NCBI GenBank assembly: GCA_025060295.1
Contig: JANXCH010000001.1
Coordinates: 32,896-96,895, forward strand
Direction of reading: 5' to 3'
DNA length: 64,000 bases
From: Dehalococcoidia bacterium
Lineage (GTDB): Bacteria; Chloroflexota; Dehalococcoidia; Lucifugimonadales; HRBIN23
In this document: one piece after another, positions 27,490 through 35,926 of the stretch
Layout of the letters: each line of letters starts with the position of its first letter
Numbering within the stretch: position 1 is the stretch's first letter
Notes under the pieces: model-generated
Told to the model about the DNA's origin: nothing
Databases searched by the model: none
The model's input: only the letters and a program-made list of their open reading frames with translations
Translations under genes and position numbers: made by a program

Positions 27490-28749
27490 ATGCCTGAGCT
27501 GGCTGTTCTTGCATTCGTGGCGGGGGTAGTTGTGGCGCTGGGGATGAGCGCCTGGCTGGCCGTCTCCCTGGTGCCGGTGGTGGGTGCCGATTGGGCGTGG
27601 GGGGTGGGGATAGGGGTGGCAGCCCTGGTGGGGGTGGGGGTTATCCTTATCCTTGCTTTGGTGGGCTTGGGCTGGCCGGCGTTGGCCTATATTGGTGGGT
27701 TATTGGCTTTAGTAACCTTCCTCTCCCTGGTAACCTTCGCCCAGGTGTGGCTGGAACGCAAGTACCTCGGGCGGCTGCAGCAAAGGCTCGGCCCGACGCG
27801 TGTGGGCCCCTTCGGCTTGCTCCAACCCGTTGCCGATGCCGTCAAACTCCTCCTCAAGGAGGACATCCTCCCCTCTTGGGCTGATAAGGTAGTCTATTGG
27901 ACTGCGCCCCTGATCGCTTTCGTGCCCGCCTTCATGGTTTGGGTAACCATCCCCTTCAGCCCTACCCTTGTCCTGCGCAATCTGGACTTGGGGTTGCTCT
28001 ACGTCATTGCCTTCTCAGTGCTGGGCATAACGGGGTTATTGGTAGCGGGTTGGGGGTCTGCCAATAAATATGGTGTGCTGGGGAGCCTACGCTCGGCCGC
28101 CCAACTAATCAGCTACGAAATCCCTATCGTGGTGGTGGCTTTGACGGTGGCCATGCTGGCGGGCTCGCTGAACTTGGTGGAGATAGTGGAGAGGCAGAGT
28201 CCTATCTACGCCCTGGTGCAACCGTTGGGTCTGGTGCTGTTCCTGTTGGCAGGCCTGGCCGAGGTGGGGCGCACGCCTTTTGATATTTATCACGCCGAGT
28301 CGGAGATTGTGGGGGGGCCCTTTGTGGAATACAGCGGTGCCCACTGGGCTGCGTTCTACCTGGCAGAGTATGTGAACACCTTCCTTGTGGGGGCTATGAC
28401 CACCCTGCTCTTCCTCGGTGGGTGGAAGGGGCCTGTGCTTCCGCCGGTGGTCTGGTTCCTCCTGAAGACCTTTGCGGTGGTGCTGGTGATGTTTTGGTTC
28501 CGGGGCACCTTTCCGCGTTTGCGCATTGACCAGCTGATGGCTTTGGGGTGGCAGGTGCTGGTGCCCCTCAGTTTCCTGACCATGGTGCTGACGGGCGCGG
28601 CGTTGTACTGGGGCTGGCCGTGGTGGGTGCTATCCCTGGTATCCCTGGCGATGATGGGGGGTGTGGGGTGGGCTTGGCACTGGCAGGTCCACCGGCACCG
28701 CCCGTCCATCCGTCTTGTGCCCGCGCGGGAGGTGCGCCGTGCTATCTAG
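27490..28749 (+). CDS. nuoH: NADH-quinone oxidoreductase subunit H (about 65-aa N-terminal extension)
   Basis: WLERKYLGRLQQRLGPTRVGPFGLLQP and GLAEVGRTPFD..E.ESE.V.G. The ERK motif starts about 95 aa from ATG 27490, after two extra hydrophobic segments. Confidence 0.9.
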   Translation: MPELAVLAFVAGVVVALGMSAWLAVSLVPVVGADWAWGVGIGVAALVGVGVILILALVGLGWPALAYIGGLLALVTFLSLVTFAQVWLERKYLGRLQQRLGPTRVGPFGLLQPVADAVKLLLKEDILPSWADKVVYWTAPLIAFVPAFMVWVTIPFSPTLVLRNLDLGLLYVIAFSVLGITGLLVAGWGSANKYGVLGSLRSAAQLISYEIPIVVVALTVAMLAGSLNLVEIVERQSPIYALVQPLGLVLFLLAGLAEVGRTPFDIYHAESEIVGGPFVEYSGAHWAAFYLAEYVNTFLVGAMTTLLFLGGWKGPVLPPVVWFLLKTFAVVLVMFWFRGTFPRLRIDQLMALGWQVLVPLSFLTMVLTGAALYWGWPWWVLSLVSLAMMGGVGWAWHWQVHRHRPSIRLVPAREVRRAI

Positions 28750-29266
28750 TTTGAAAGGTCTGTGGCTCACGCTGCGCACTACTTTTCGGCGTCCTGTCAC
28801 AGCTCAGTACCCTAAGGAGCACCTCCCTATCCAGCCCCGCTATATGGGCTTTCCCGCCCTTACTTGGGATGAGAAGGTGGGGGAGCCCTATTGCACGGCG
28901 TGCATGGTCTGTGTCCGCATGTGTCCCACACAATGTATGAAGGCGACCATGAAGGACAATCCCCTCTACAAAGAGGGGAAAAGCCCCCGTCGCAAGATTG
29001 TGGACACTTTTGAGATCAACCTCAATCGGTGCATCCTGTGTGGGATTTGCGTGGAGGTATGCAACTTTGACGCCATAGTGATGAGTTACGAGCACGAGTT
29101 GAGCACCTACCAGCGCAACGGGCGGCGGGTGAACCTGCAGCAATTGCTGGAGATGGGGAAGCGCTACCAGGCTCTGACGGGGTGGCGTCCGGAGTCGGAA
29201 CTGAAGGCGGAACAGGAGAAGGGGCGTTTGCCTGCCTCCTCCTCCGCATCGGCACCGGAGCGATAG
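28739..29266 (+). CDS. nuoI: NADH-quinone oxidoreductase subunit I
   Basis: Two 4Fe-4S motifs, CTACMVCVRMCP and CILCGICVEVCN. GTG 28739 overlaps the nuoH stop. Confidence 0.9.
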   Translation: MLSSLKGLWLTLRTTFRRPVTAQYPKEHLPIQPRYMGFPALTWDEKVGEPYCTACMVCVRMCPTQCMKATMKDNPLYKEGKSPRRKIVDTFEINLNRCILCGICVEVCNFDAIVMSYEHELSTYQRNGRRVNLQQLLEMGKRYQALTGWRPESELKAEQEKGRLPASSSASAPER

Positions 29267-29271
29267 AAGCC

Positions 29272-29772
29272 GTGAGCATCCCGCTCCTTGCCCTGGCCCT
29301 ATTGGCGGCGGTGGTGCTGGGAGGCGGGATAGGCGTGGTGGTGGCGCGCAATGTGGTGCACGCCGCTCTCTTTCTTCTGCTGACCTTGGCGGGTGTGGCG
29401 GGGGTGTTTGTGCTCTTGTTGGCCGAGTTCCTGGCCCTGGTGCAGGTGCTCATTTACGGGGGGGCGGTGGTCATCGTTCTGGTGTTTGCTCTGATGCTCA
29501 CCCGCGCCCAGGACTTCGCCGGCGTCCAAGACAACCCCCAGTGGGCCCTCGGGTTGATGGCGGCCATAGCGGTGCTGGGGGTGCTGACAACGGCTTTTGT
29601 GGCCTGGAGGCCTCCTACCCAACCGCTGGAGCGCGTGGGGTTTGAGGCGTTGGGGCGGGAACTGTTCCTGCGGTGGGCTATCCCCTTTGAGATCATTTCC
29701 CTGGTGCTTCTGTTAGCCCTGATCGGGGCCATGCTCATCGCCCGCGAGCGCAACGGCGGGGGGCGCCGATGA
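29272..29772 (+). CDS. nuoJ: NADH-quinone oxidoreductase subunit J
   Basis: ARNVVHAALFLLLTL.GVAG.F.LL.AEFLA.VQVLIYGGAV.I...F..M is typical of NuoJ. The GTG 29272 start lies just after the nuoI stop. Confidence 0.88.
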   Translation: MSIPLLALALLAAVVLGGGIGVVVARNVVHAALFLLLTLAGVAGVFVLLLAEFLALVQVLIYGGAVVIVLVFALMLTRAQDFAGVQDNPQWALGLMAAIAVLGVLTTAFVAWRPPTQPLERVGFEALGRELFLRWAIPFEIISLVLLLALIGAMLIARERNGGGRR

Positions 29773-30074
29773 ACCTGCTCCACCTGGAACTGCTGAGCGC
29801 AGCGCTTTTTGTCATTGGCCTGTATGGGGTGTTGGCCCGGCGCAACGCCGTGATGGTGCTGATGGCCATTGAACTGATGCTTAACGCTGTCAACATCAAC
29901 TTGGTGGCCTATGCGCTGTTCTTAGACCCGTCCCGCGTGGTGGGGCAGGTGTTGACGGTGTTTGTCATCACGCTGGCGGCGGCCGAGGTGGGTTTGGCAT
30001 TGGCCATCATTTTGCGGATTTACCGCAACCGCGGCACAGCCAACCTGGATGAGATCAACTTGATGAAGTGGTAG
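29769..30074 (+). CDS. nuoK: NADH-quinone oxidoreductase subunit K
   Basis: 101 aa with three TM segments, and MAIELMLNAVNINLVA with AAAEVGLALAII. Its ATGA overlaps nuoJ. Confidence 0.92.
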   Translation: MNLLHLELLSAALFVIGLYGVLARRNAVMVLMAIELMLNAVNINLVAYALFLDPSRVVGQVLTVFVITLAAAEVGLALAIILRIYRNRGTANLDEINLMKW

Positions 30075-30076
30075 GT

Positions 30077-30481
30077 ATGGCTCAAAGGGCGATGGACTGG
30101 TTCCGCCAGGCGCAGCGGGACTTGGAGCACGCTGAGGAGTCCCGTCGGCTGGGCCGGCACGAGTGGGCGTGCTTCGCTGCTCATCAGGCGGCCGAGAAGG
30201 CGGTGAAGGCTTTGCATTTAGCCCTGGGACAGGAGGCGTGGGGGCATGTGATCGCACGGCTTTTGAGCCAGTTGCCCAGCACGGTGCCCGTCCCGTCGGA
30301 CCTGGTGGATAAGGCGCATGTGTTAGACGCGTTCTACATCTCCCCCCGGTATCCCAACGCCTATAGCGAAGGTGCACCCTTTGAGCACTTTGGGCCTCTG
30401 CAGAGTGAGGAGGCGGTGCGCTATGCCCGTGAGACCCTTGAGTTCGTCCGTGCTCGTTTGGCCCAAGCGGCAGGAGGTTGA
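30077..30481 (+). CDS. HEPN-domain protein (putative toxin partner of a HEPN/MNT pair)
   Basis: The four-helix pattern W...A..DL..AE......H.WACF.AHQAAEKAVKALHL...........H.I..L......YISPRYPN.......F....A..A...A is typical of small HEPN proteins paired with minimal nucleotidyltransferases. ATG 30077 lies 2 nt after the nuoK stop; GTG 30068 is an alternative start. Confidence 0.75.
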   Translation: MAQRAMDWFRQAQRDLEHAEESRRLGRHEWACFAAHQAAEKAVKALHLALGQEAWGHVIARLLSQLPSTVPVPSDLVDKAHVLDAFYISPRYPNAYSEGAPFEHFGPLQSEEAVRYARETLEFVRARLAQAAGG

Positions 30482-30794
30482 CCGCGCGGTGCGCGTATGG
30501 GCGCATAGGGTGGCCCAACAGCGTTCCGATGTGCTGCGTATCGGGTATTTCGGCTCTTATGCCCGAGGGGATTGGGGTGTGGGCAGCGACCTGGACGTGG
30601 TGGTCGTGGTGGAGAGCACCACCATACCCCCGGAGCGCCGGGCAGCCGAATGGGATACCACCTCCCTGCCCGTGCCTGCCGATGTGGTGGTTCTGACACG
30701 GGAGGAGTGGGACGCCCTGCAGGGGCGGGGGGGGCGGTTCGCCCAAACCCTTGCACAGGAGACGGTCTGGGTGTATCAGAGGGGGGTGTGGTGA
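30423..30794 (+). CDS. minimal nucleotidyltransferase (MNT) domain protein (putative antitoxin partner)
   Basis: The GS-x10-DxD signature reads GSYARGDWGVGSDLDVVVVV. The protein is small (about 115-123 aa) and overlaps the HEPN ORF by 32-59 nt, depending on whether the start is ATG 30423 or GTG 30450. Confidence 0.75.
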   Translation: MPVRPLSSSVLVWPKRQEVDRAVRVWAHRVAQQRSDVLRIGYFGSYARGDWGVGSDLDVVVVVESTTIPPERRAAEWDTTSLPVPADVVVLTREEWDALQGRGGRFAQTLAQETVWVYQRGVW

Positions 30795-30830
30795 AGACCT
30801 GGGAGGGGGGGCTGCACCGAGGGGACTGGA

Positions 30831-30852
30831 GGGGCCGGGGGTTCTCGGCCCC
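30831..30852 (+). other. perfect 7-bp GC hairpin in the MNT-nuoL spacer
   Basis: GGGGCCG (30831..30837) and CGGCCCC (30846..30852) with an 8-nt loop, followed by a U-poor tail TTCCGTTG. It could be a weak terminator or an RNA processing/stability element. Confidence 0.4.
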
Positions 30853-30891
30853 TTCCGTTGAAACAGCGTGCCTATGCAGGAGGGTTAGTGT

Positions 30892-32751
30892 ATGCAGTGG
30901 GCTTGGCTTGCACCAGCCCTAAGCGCTATCGCCTTCCTGGTCATTGTCCTTTTTCGTCGTCTACTGCCCCGTGAGGGCGCGTGGCTGGCACCCTTGGCCA
31001 TCGCGGGCGGGTTTGGGGTGTTTTGGGTGGTGCTGGGGGATTGGGTGGGGGCGGGTGGTGGCCTCCACACCTTCGGTGTACCTTGGCTGGAGGCGGGGGA
31101 TATCCGCATCAGTTGGGGGATGATGGTAGACCCCCTTTCCCTAGTGCTGATGGGGCTGGTTACCTTCGTGGCCCTGCTGGTGCAGGTGTATTCCTGGGCA
31201 TATATGGCCCACGAGCCTCGCTTCGGATGGTATTTCGCCGCCCACGCCCTGTTCGCCGCCTCCATGCTAGCCCTGGTGTTGGCCGACAGTTTTCTGCTCC
31301 TCTACATTGCCTGGGAACTGGTGGGCTTGTGCTCCTACCTGCTCATAGGCTTCTGGTATGAGAGGCGGCCGGCGGCTGAGGCGGCGAAGAAGGCTTTCAT
31401 CACCACCCGTATAGGGGATGTGGGGATGTTGGTGGGCATCCTGCTCCTTTTCCAGCAGACGGGAACTTTTGACATGCCGACCATTTTGGCCCTGGTGGAG
31501 CAGGGCGGTCTGTCGTCGGGAGTGGTTACCTCGGCGGCGCTGTTGCTGTTCATGGGTGCGATGGGCAAGTCGGCGCAGTTCCCCTTGCATGTGTGGCTCC
31601 CCGATGCCATGGAAGGCCCTACCCCTGTGAGCGCTCTTATTCACGCCGCCACGATGGTGGCGGCAGGGGTGTATCTCGTGGCGCGGGTGTTTCCTCTCTT
31701 TGAGGCTTCGGGGTTAGCGCTACTTGTGGTAGCCATCATCGCCATCATCACAGCGCTGATGGCGGGTAGCATGGCCCTGGTGATGACCGATTTGAAGCGG
31801 GTACTGGCTTATTCCACCATCACCGACCTGGCGCTCATGATGCTTGCTCTGGGAGCGGGGAGCGTCACGGCGGCCATCTTCCACTTGGTGGTGCACGGTT
31901 TGAGCAAGGCCTTGTTGTTCCTGGGGGCAGGGTCGGTGAGCCACGCCACGGGGAAAACGGACATCCGGGATATGGGCGGTTTGGCTCGCCAGATGCCTCT
32001 CACGGCGTTCACCTTCGCCCTGGGGGCTTTTTCCCTGGGGGGGATTCCGCCCTTGGCCGGGTGGTTCAGCAAGGATGAGGTGTTGGTGGCTGTGGGGAAT
32101 GGACGGGGTGCCCTGTGGCTGGGATTGGCGTTTGTGGTTTCTTTGCTTAAGGCCCTGTATATGGGGCGTCTGGTGTGGATGGTCTTTTTCGGCAAGCGCA
32201 AGGTTGCCCATGTGCACGAATCGCCCCTGCTTATGACCCTGCCTCTGGTGATGTTGGGGGTCGGGGCTTTGGGGGCGGGTATCCTCCTTCTGCCGTTGGG
32301 GGATGTGTTTGGCGGATTTGGCACCTTCCTCTACACGCACAAGCCCGAGAAGTTCCACTTTGTCCCCGGGATCGCTTTGCCGTCCGCGCTGGTGGCGCTG
32401 GCGGGATTCGGATTCACCTGGATGGCCTACCATGCAGGGCGCATACCTGTGGACGCTTTGCGGGAGCGTTGGGCGGGGGTGCATCGCCTCCTAGTGCGCA
32501 AGTTTTTCCTGGATGACCTTTACCAATGGGGTGTGAACAGTATCGTGCTGGGGATGGGGCAGGCTATCGCTGTGTTTGACCGGGTGGTGGTCAACGATGC
32601 GGGGGTCAATGGCACTGGGGTGTCGGTGCTCTTGACGGGGCGGGCGCTGCGCTGGCATGTCACGGGGTTTGTGTATACCTATGCCCTGGGGATGGTGCTG
32701 GGGTTTTTGGTGGTGGCGGTGGTGTGGTGGACGGTTCTGGCACGCCTGTAG
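30892..32751 (+). CDS. nuoL: NADH-quinone oxidoreductase subunit L
   Basis: 619-aa antiporter-like subunit with WELVGLCSYLLIGFW, KSAQFPLHVWLPDAMEGPTPVSALIHAATMV, and a C-terminal lateral-helix region. ATG lies 7 nt after AGGAGGG. Confidence 0.93.
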   Translation: MQWAWLAPALSAIAFLVIVLFRRLLPREGAWLAPLAIAGGFGVFWVVLGDWVGAGGGLHTFGVPWLEAGDIRISWGMMVDPLSLVLMGLVTFVALLVQVYSWAYMAHEPRFGWYFAAHALFAASMLALVLADSFLLLYIAWELVGLCSYLLIGFWYERRPAAEAAKKAFITTRIGDVGMLVGILLLFQQTGTFDMPTILALVEQGGLSSGVVTSAALLLFMGAMGKSAQFPLHVWLPDAMEGPTPVSALIHAATMVAAGVYLVARVFPLFEASGLALLVVAIIAIITALMAGSMALVMTDLKRVLAYSTITDLALMMLALGAGSVTAAIFHLVVHGLSKALLFLGAGSVSHATGKTDIRDMGGLARQMPLTAFTFALGAFSLGGIPPLAGWFSKDEVLVAVGNGRGALWLGLAFVVSLLKALYMGRLVWMVFFGKRKVAHVHESPLLMTLPLVMLGVGALGAGILLLPLGDVFGGFGTFLYTHKPEKFHFVPGIALPSALVALAGFGFTWMAYHAGRIPVDALRERWAGVHRLLVRKFFLDDLYQWGVNSIVLGMGQAIAVFDRVVVNDAGVNGTGVSVLLTGRALRWHVTGFVYTYALGMVLGFLVVAVVWWTVLARL

Positions 32752-32763
32752 GGGGGTGGTCCG

Positions 32764-34260
32764 ATGGACTGGCTGCGCGAGAACATTTTGCTGTTGGTCG
32801 TGCTGGTGCCCTTTGGGGGGGCATTGGCATTGGCCCTGATACCCAATGAGCGGGTGGGGGTGGTGCACTGGGGGGCGCGTTGTTTGGCGACAGTCGGGTT
32901 GGTGCTGGCGGGTCTGGCCTTCATCCTCTACGACCGGGGGCAAGGGGGGTTCCAAATGGAGCGCCAGTTCCCTTGGCTTCCGTCGTTGGGTGCTTCGTTC
33001 CATGTGGGAGTGGACGGCATCGGGGTTGCGCTCATTCTTTTGAACGGCATCGTGATGTTCACGGGAACGCTGGTGTCGTGGAACATTCGGAACCGCCCCA
33101 AGGACTTTTTCGTGCTTTTCTTCCTTCTGGGGACGGGGGTATATGGCGTGTTTGCCTCTTTAGACCTGTTTTTCCTGTTCTTCTTTTACGAATTGGCCGT
33201 TCTGCCCATGTTTTTGCTTATTGGGGTGTGGGGATCCAGCACCGACTTTGGCACCTTCATTCGGACCAAGGAATACGGCGCGCTGAAGTTGACTTTATAT
33301 CTGGTGGCGGGGAGCATCCTGGTGTGGGTGGGGTTGTTGGGGCTGTGGGTGGAGGCGGGGCGCACCTCCTTTGACCTGGTGGTTCTCCAAGAGGTGTCCT
33401 TCGCCCGCACCTTCCAGCTGGTCTTTTACCCGATGCTGATGGTGGGCTTTGGGGTGCTGGCGGGACTGTGGCCGTTCCACACCTGGTCGCCTGACGGGCA
33501 TGTGGCCGCTCCTACGGCGGTGAGTATGCTTCACGCCGGGGTGCTGATGAAACTAGGGGCGTTCGGCATCCTGCAAGTGGGGATGCGCCTCTTGCCCGAG
33601 GGAGCACAGGCATGGGCACCTGTGCTGATTGCGCTGGGGACGGTGAACGTGCTCTATGGGGCGGTGAGTGCTTTGGCTCAACAAGACTTGAAGTATGTGG
33701 TGGGCTACTCGAGTGTGAGCCATATGGGATATGTGCTGATGGGGTTGGCCACCCTGGACCCGCTGGGCATCAATGGAGCCGTGCTGCAGATGTTTTCTCA
33801 CGGGATTATGACGGCCCTGTTCTTTGCCTTGGTGGGGGTGATTTACGACAGGGCCCATATACGGGATATCGGGGTGTTGGAGGGGTTAGCGAAGCGCATG
33901 GGAACCACAGCGAGTTTCTTCGCCGTGGCGGGATTGACCTCTCTGGGGCTCCCGGGGCTCAGTGGGTTTGTGGCTGAGTTGCTGGTGTTTCTCGGAGCGT
34001 TTCGCACCTACCCCGCGTTGGCGGTGTTAGGGGTGATCGGGGCGGCGGTAACGGCGGTGTATATCTTGCGCCTGTTGGGCAAGGTGTTTTTCGGTCCTCT
34101 GGGTGAGCGATGGAGGGACTTGCCCGACGCCAGCCCCCTTGAGGTGGGGGCCACGGCCCTGTTGGTGGCGGTGCTGGTGATCGTGGGGCTTGCTCCCTTT
34201 ACCCTTCTGGACACCATAGATGTGGGGGTTACAGAAGTGCTCCAGCGAGTGTTCGGCTAG
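32764..34260 (+). CDS. nuoM: NADH-quinone oxidoreductase subunit M
   Basis: FFYELAVLPMFLLIG.WG, FHTWSPDGHVAAPTAVSMLHAGVLMKLG and YSSVSHMGY. Confidence 0.93.
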   Translation: MDWLRENILLLVVLVPFGGALALALIPNERVGVVHWGARCLATVGLVLAGLAFILYDRGQGGFQMERQFPWLPSLGASFHVGVDGIGVALILLNGIVMFTGTLVSWNIRNRPKDFFVLFFLLGTGVYGVFASLDLFFLFFFYELAVLPMFLLIGVWGSSTDFGTFIRTKEYGALKLTLYLVAGSILVWVGLLGLWVEAGRTSFDLVVLQEVSFARTFQLVFYPMLMVGFGVLAGLWPFHTWSPDGHVAAPTAVSMLHAGVLMKLGAFGILQVGMRLLPEGAQAWAPVLIALGTVNVLYGAVSALAQQDLKYVVGYSSVSHMGYVLMGLATLDPLGINGAVLQMFSHGIMTALFFALVGVIYDRAHIRDIGVLEGLAKRMGTTASFFAVAGLTSLGLPGLSGFVAELLVFLGAFRTYPALAVLGVIGAAVTAVYILRLLGKVFFGPLGERWRDLPDASPLEVGATALLVAVLVIVGLAPFTLLDTIDVGVTEVLQRVFG

Positions 34261-34269
34261 GGGGGTCGC

Positions 34270-35706
34270 ATGCCTAGCGTGAACTGGAGCCTGCTGTGGC
34301 CGGAAGGTTTGGCTACCGCTTTGGCCTTTGTCATCTTTCTGGTGGATCTCTTTTTGCCTCCAGCACGCAAGCGGGCATTGCCGTGGCTGACGGCTTTGGG
34401 TCTCGGGGGTGTGCTGGCCTTCACGCTGGTGTTCCTGTGGGGGCGGCAGGAGACCCTGTTTGACGGGCTATACCGTGTGGATGCGTATGCACTGCTGTTC
34501 AAGGTGGTTTTCCTGGGGGTGGGGCTTCTGGTGGCGTTAGCCTCGATGGAATATGTGCAGAAGTACTTGGAACATCCGGGGGAATATTACGCCATTTTGG
34601 TGTTGGCGGTGGTGGGGATGATGGGCATGGCCTCGGCGGGGGAGTTACTCACGGGCATCATCGCTTTGGAGCTAGAAAGTTTTGCTCTGTATGTGCTGGT
34701 GGCGTATGCGCGAGGGGACGCCAAGTCCAACGAGGCGGCTATGAAGTTTATCCTGTTGGGTGCGTTCGCCTCGGCCCTGATGCTGTATGGAGTAAGTCTG
34801 GTGTATGGAGCCGTAGGGACGACCTTTTTTGCCGAGATGGCCCAACGCCTGCCCCAGGTGGAGCAGACGCCTGTGCTGGCTCTGGGGTTGGGGCTGGTGC
34901 TGGTGGGGTTCGGGTTCAAACTGGCGGCCGTGCCTTTCCATATGTGGGCTCCCGATGTTTATGAGGGGGCCCCTCTGCCCGTAACGGCCTTTATTGCGGT
35001 GGCCTCCAAGGCGGCGGTGGTGGCGCTTCTCTTACGGTTTCTGGCGGAGGGGGTGCTGCCCACCCAGGGGCAATGGGAGTGGGTTTTGGCAATCCTTGCG
35101 GCCCTGACCATGACGCTGGGGAACCTGGTAGCCCTGGCGCAACGCAATCTTAAGCGTCTGCTGGCCTATTCCAGTATCGGTCAGGTGGGTTACCTGTTGG
35201 CGGGGCTGACCGCGCTGTCTCCGATGGCATCCACGGGGGTGGTGTATCACCTGATCGGATATGCGGTTACCAATTTGGCGGCTTTTGGGGCCCTTATCTT
35301 CTTCTACAATCGCACGCAAGGGGATGATATCGCCTCCCTGGCGGGTGCGGCCCAGCGGGAGCCGTTCGTCGCGATGGCGATGGCGGTGGCGTTGTTCTCT
35401 CTGGCTGGATTGCCATTCTTTGTGGGTTTCTCCAGCAAGTTCTACCTGTTTACGGCAGCGGCCCAGGGGGGCTGGCTGTGGCTGGCGGCATTGGGAGTGG
35501 TGAACAGTGTAATCTCCCTCTACTACTATTTGGTGATTATTCGGCAGATGTATATCGAGCGTCCCCGAGAGGAGGGGCGTTTCTCGCTGTCGCCCCTCTG
35601 GGGAGCCACTTTAAGCCTCCTCGTGGCGGGTATCTGTGTCCTGGGGGTGTATCCGGGGCCGCTGGTGCGAGTAGTGGAGATGGCCACTCAAGCCATTTTG
35701 CCCTAG
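34270..35706 (+). CDS. nuoN: NADH-quinone oxidoreductase subunit N
   Basis: ALELESFALYVLVA, FKLAAVPFHMWAPDVYEGAP.PVTAF and LLAYSSIGQVGY. Confidence 0.93.
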   Translation: MPSVNWSLLWPEGLATALAFVIFLVDLFLPPARKRALPWLTALGLGGVLAFTLVFLWGRQETLFDGLYRVDAYALLFKVVFLGVGLLVALASMEYVQKYLEHPGEYYAILVLAVVGMMGMASAGELLTGIIALELESFALYVLVAYARGDAKSNEAAMKFILLGAFASALMLYGVSLVYGAVGTTFFAEMAQRLPQVEQTPVLALGLGLVLVGFGFKLAAVPFHMWAPDVYEGAPLPVTAFIAVASKAAVVALLLRFLAEGVLPTQGQWEWVLAILAALTMTLGNLVALAQRNLKRLLAYSSIGQVGYLLAGLTALSPMASTGVVYHLIGYAVTNLAAFGALIFFYNRTQGDDIASLAGAAQREPFVAMAMAVALFSLAGLPFFVGFSSKFYLFTAAAQGGWLWLAALGVVNSVISLYYYLVIIRQMYIERPREEGRFSLSPLWGATLSLLVAGICVLGVYPGPLVRVVEMATQAILP

Positions 35707-35719
35707 CAAGGAAGGGTGT

Positions 35720-35755
35720 GTGCGCGGGCCAGCACAGATTTCGTGGCCGGCGCAC
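35720..35755 (+). terminator. 12-bp stem-loop after nuoN (candidate operon terminator, no U-tract)
   Basis: GTGCGCGGGCCA (35720..35731) pairs with TGGCCGGCGCAC (35744..35755) with one central G-G mismatch and a 12-nt loop, 14 nt after the nuoN stop. Confidence 0.4.
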
Positions 35756-35819
35756 CATGAGACGATTTTCGTCAACATTTCGTTTCCTGCGATTGCACAA
35801 GATTATGCTTGTAAGGCCC

Positions 35820-35848
35820 TTGACAAAATGAAAGGTAGTATGTATGGT
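35820..35848 (+). promoter_or_regulatory. putative promoter (TTGACA-17-TATGGT, with TG extension) for the ABC transporter genes
   Basis: TTGACA at 35820..35825 and tgTATGGT at 35841..35848, 78 nt upstream of the ATG at 35927. Confidence 0.45.
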
Positions 35849-35926
35849 CTTGGCGAGGGGTCGCCCTTCCTTATCCCGTCTCACGGGGGCTGTGGCCCTC
35901 TCACACACTCGGCGTAAGGAGGAAGC

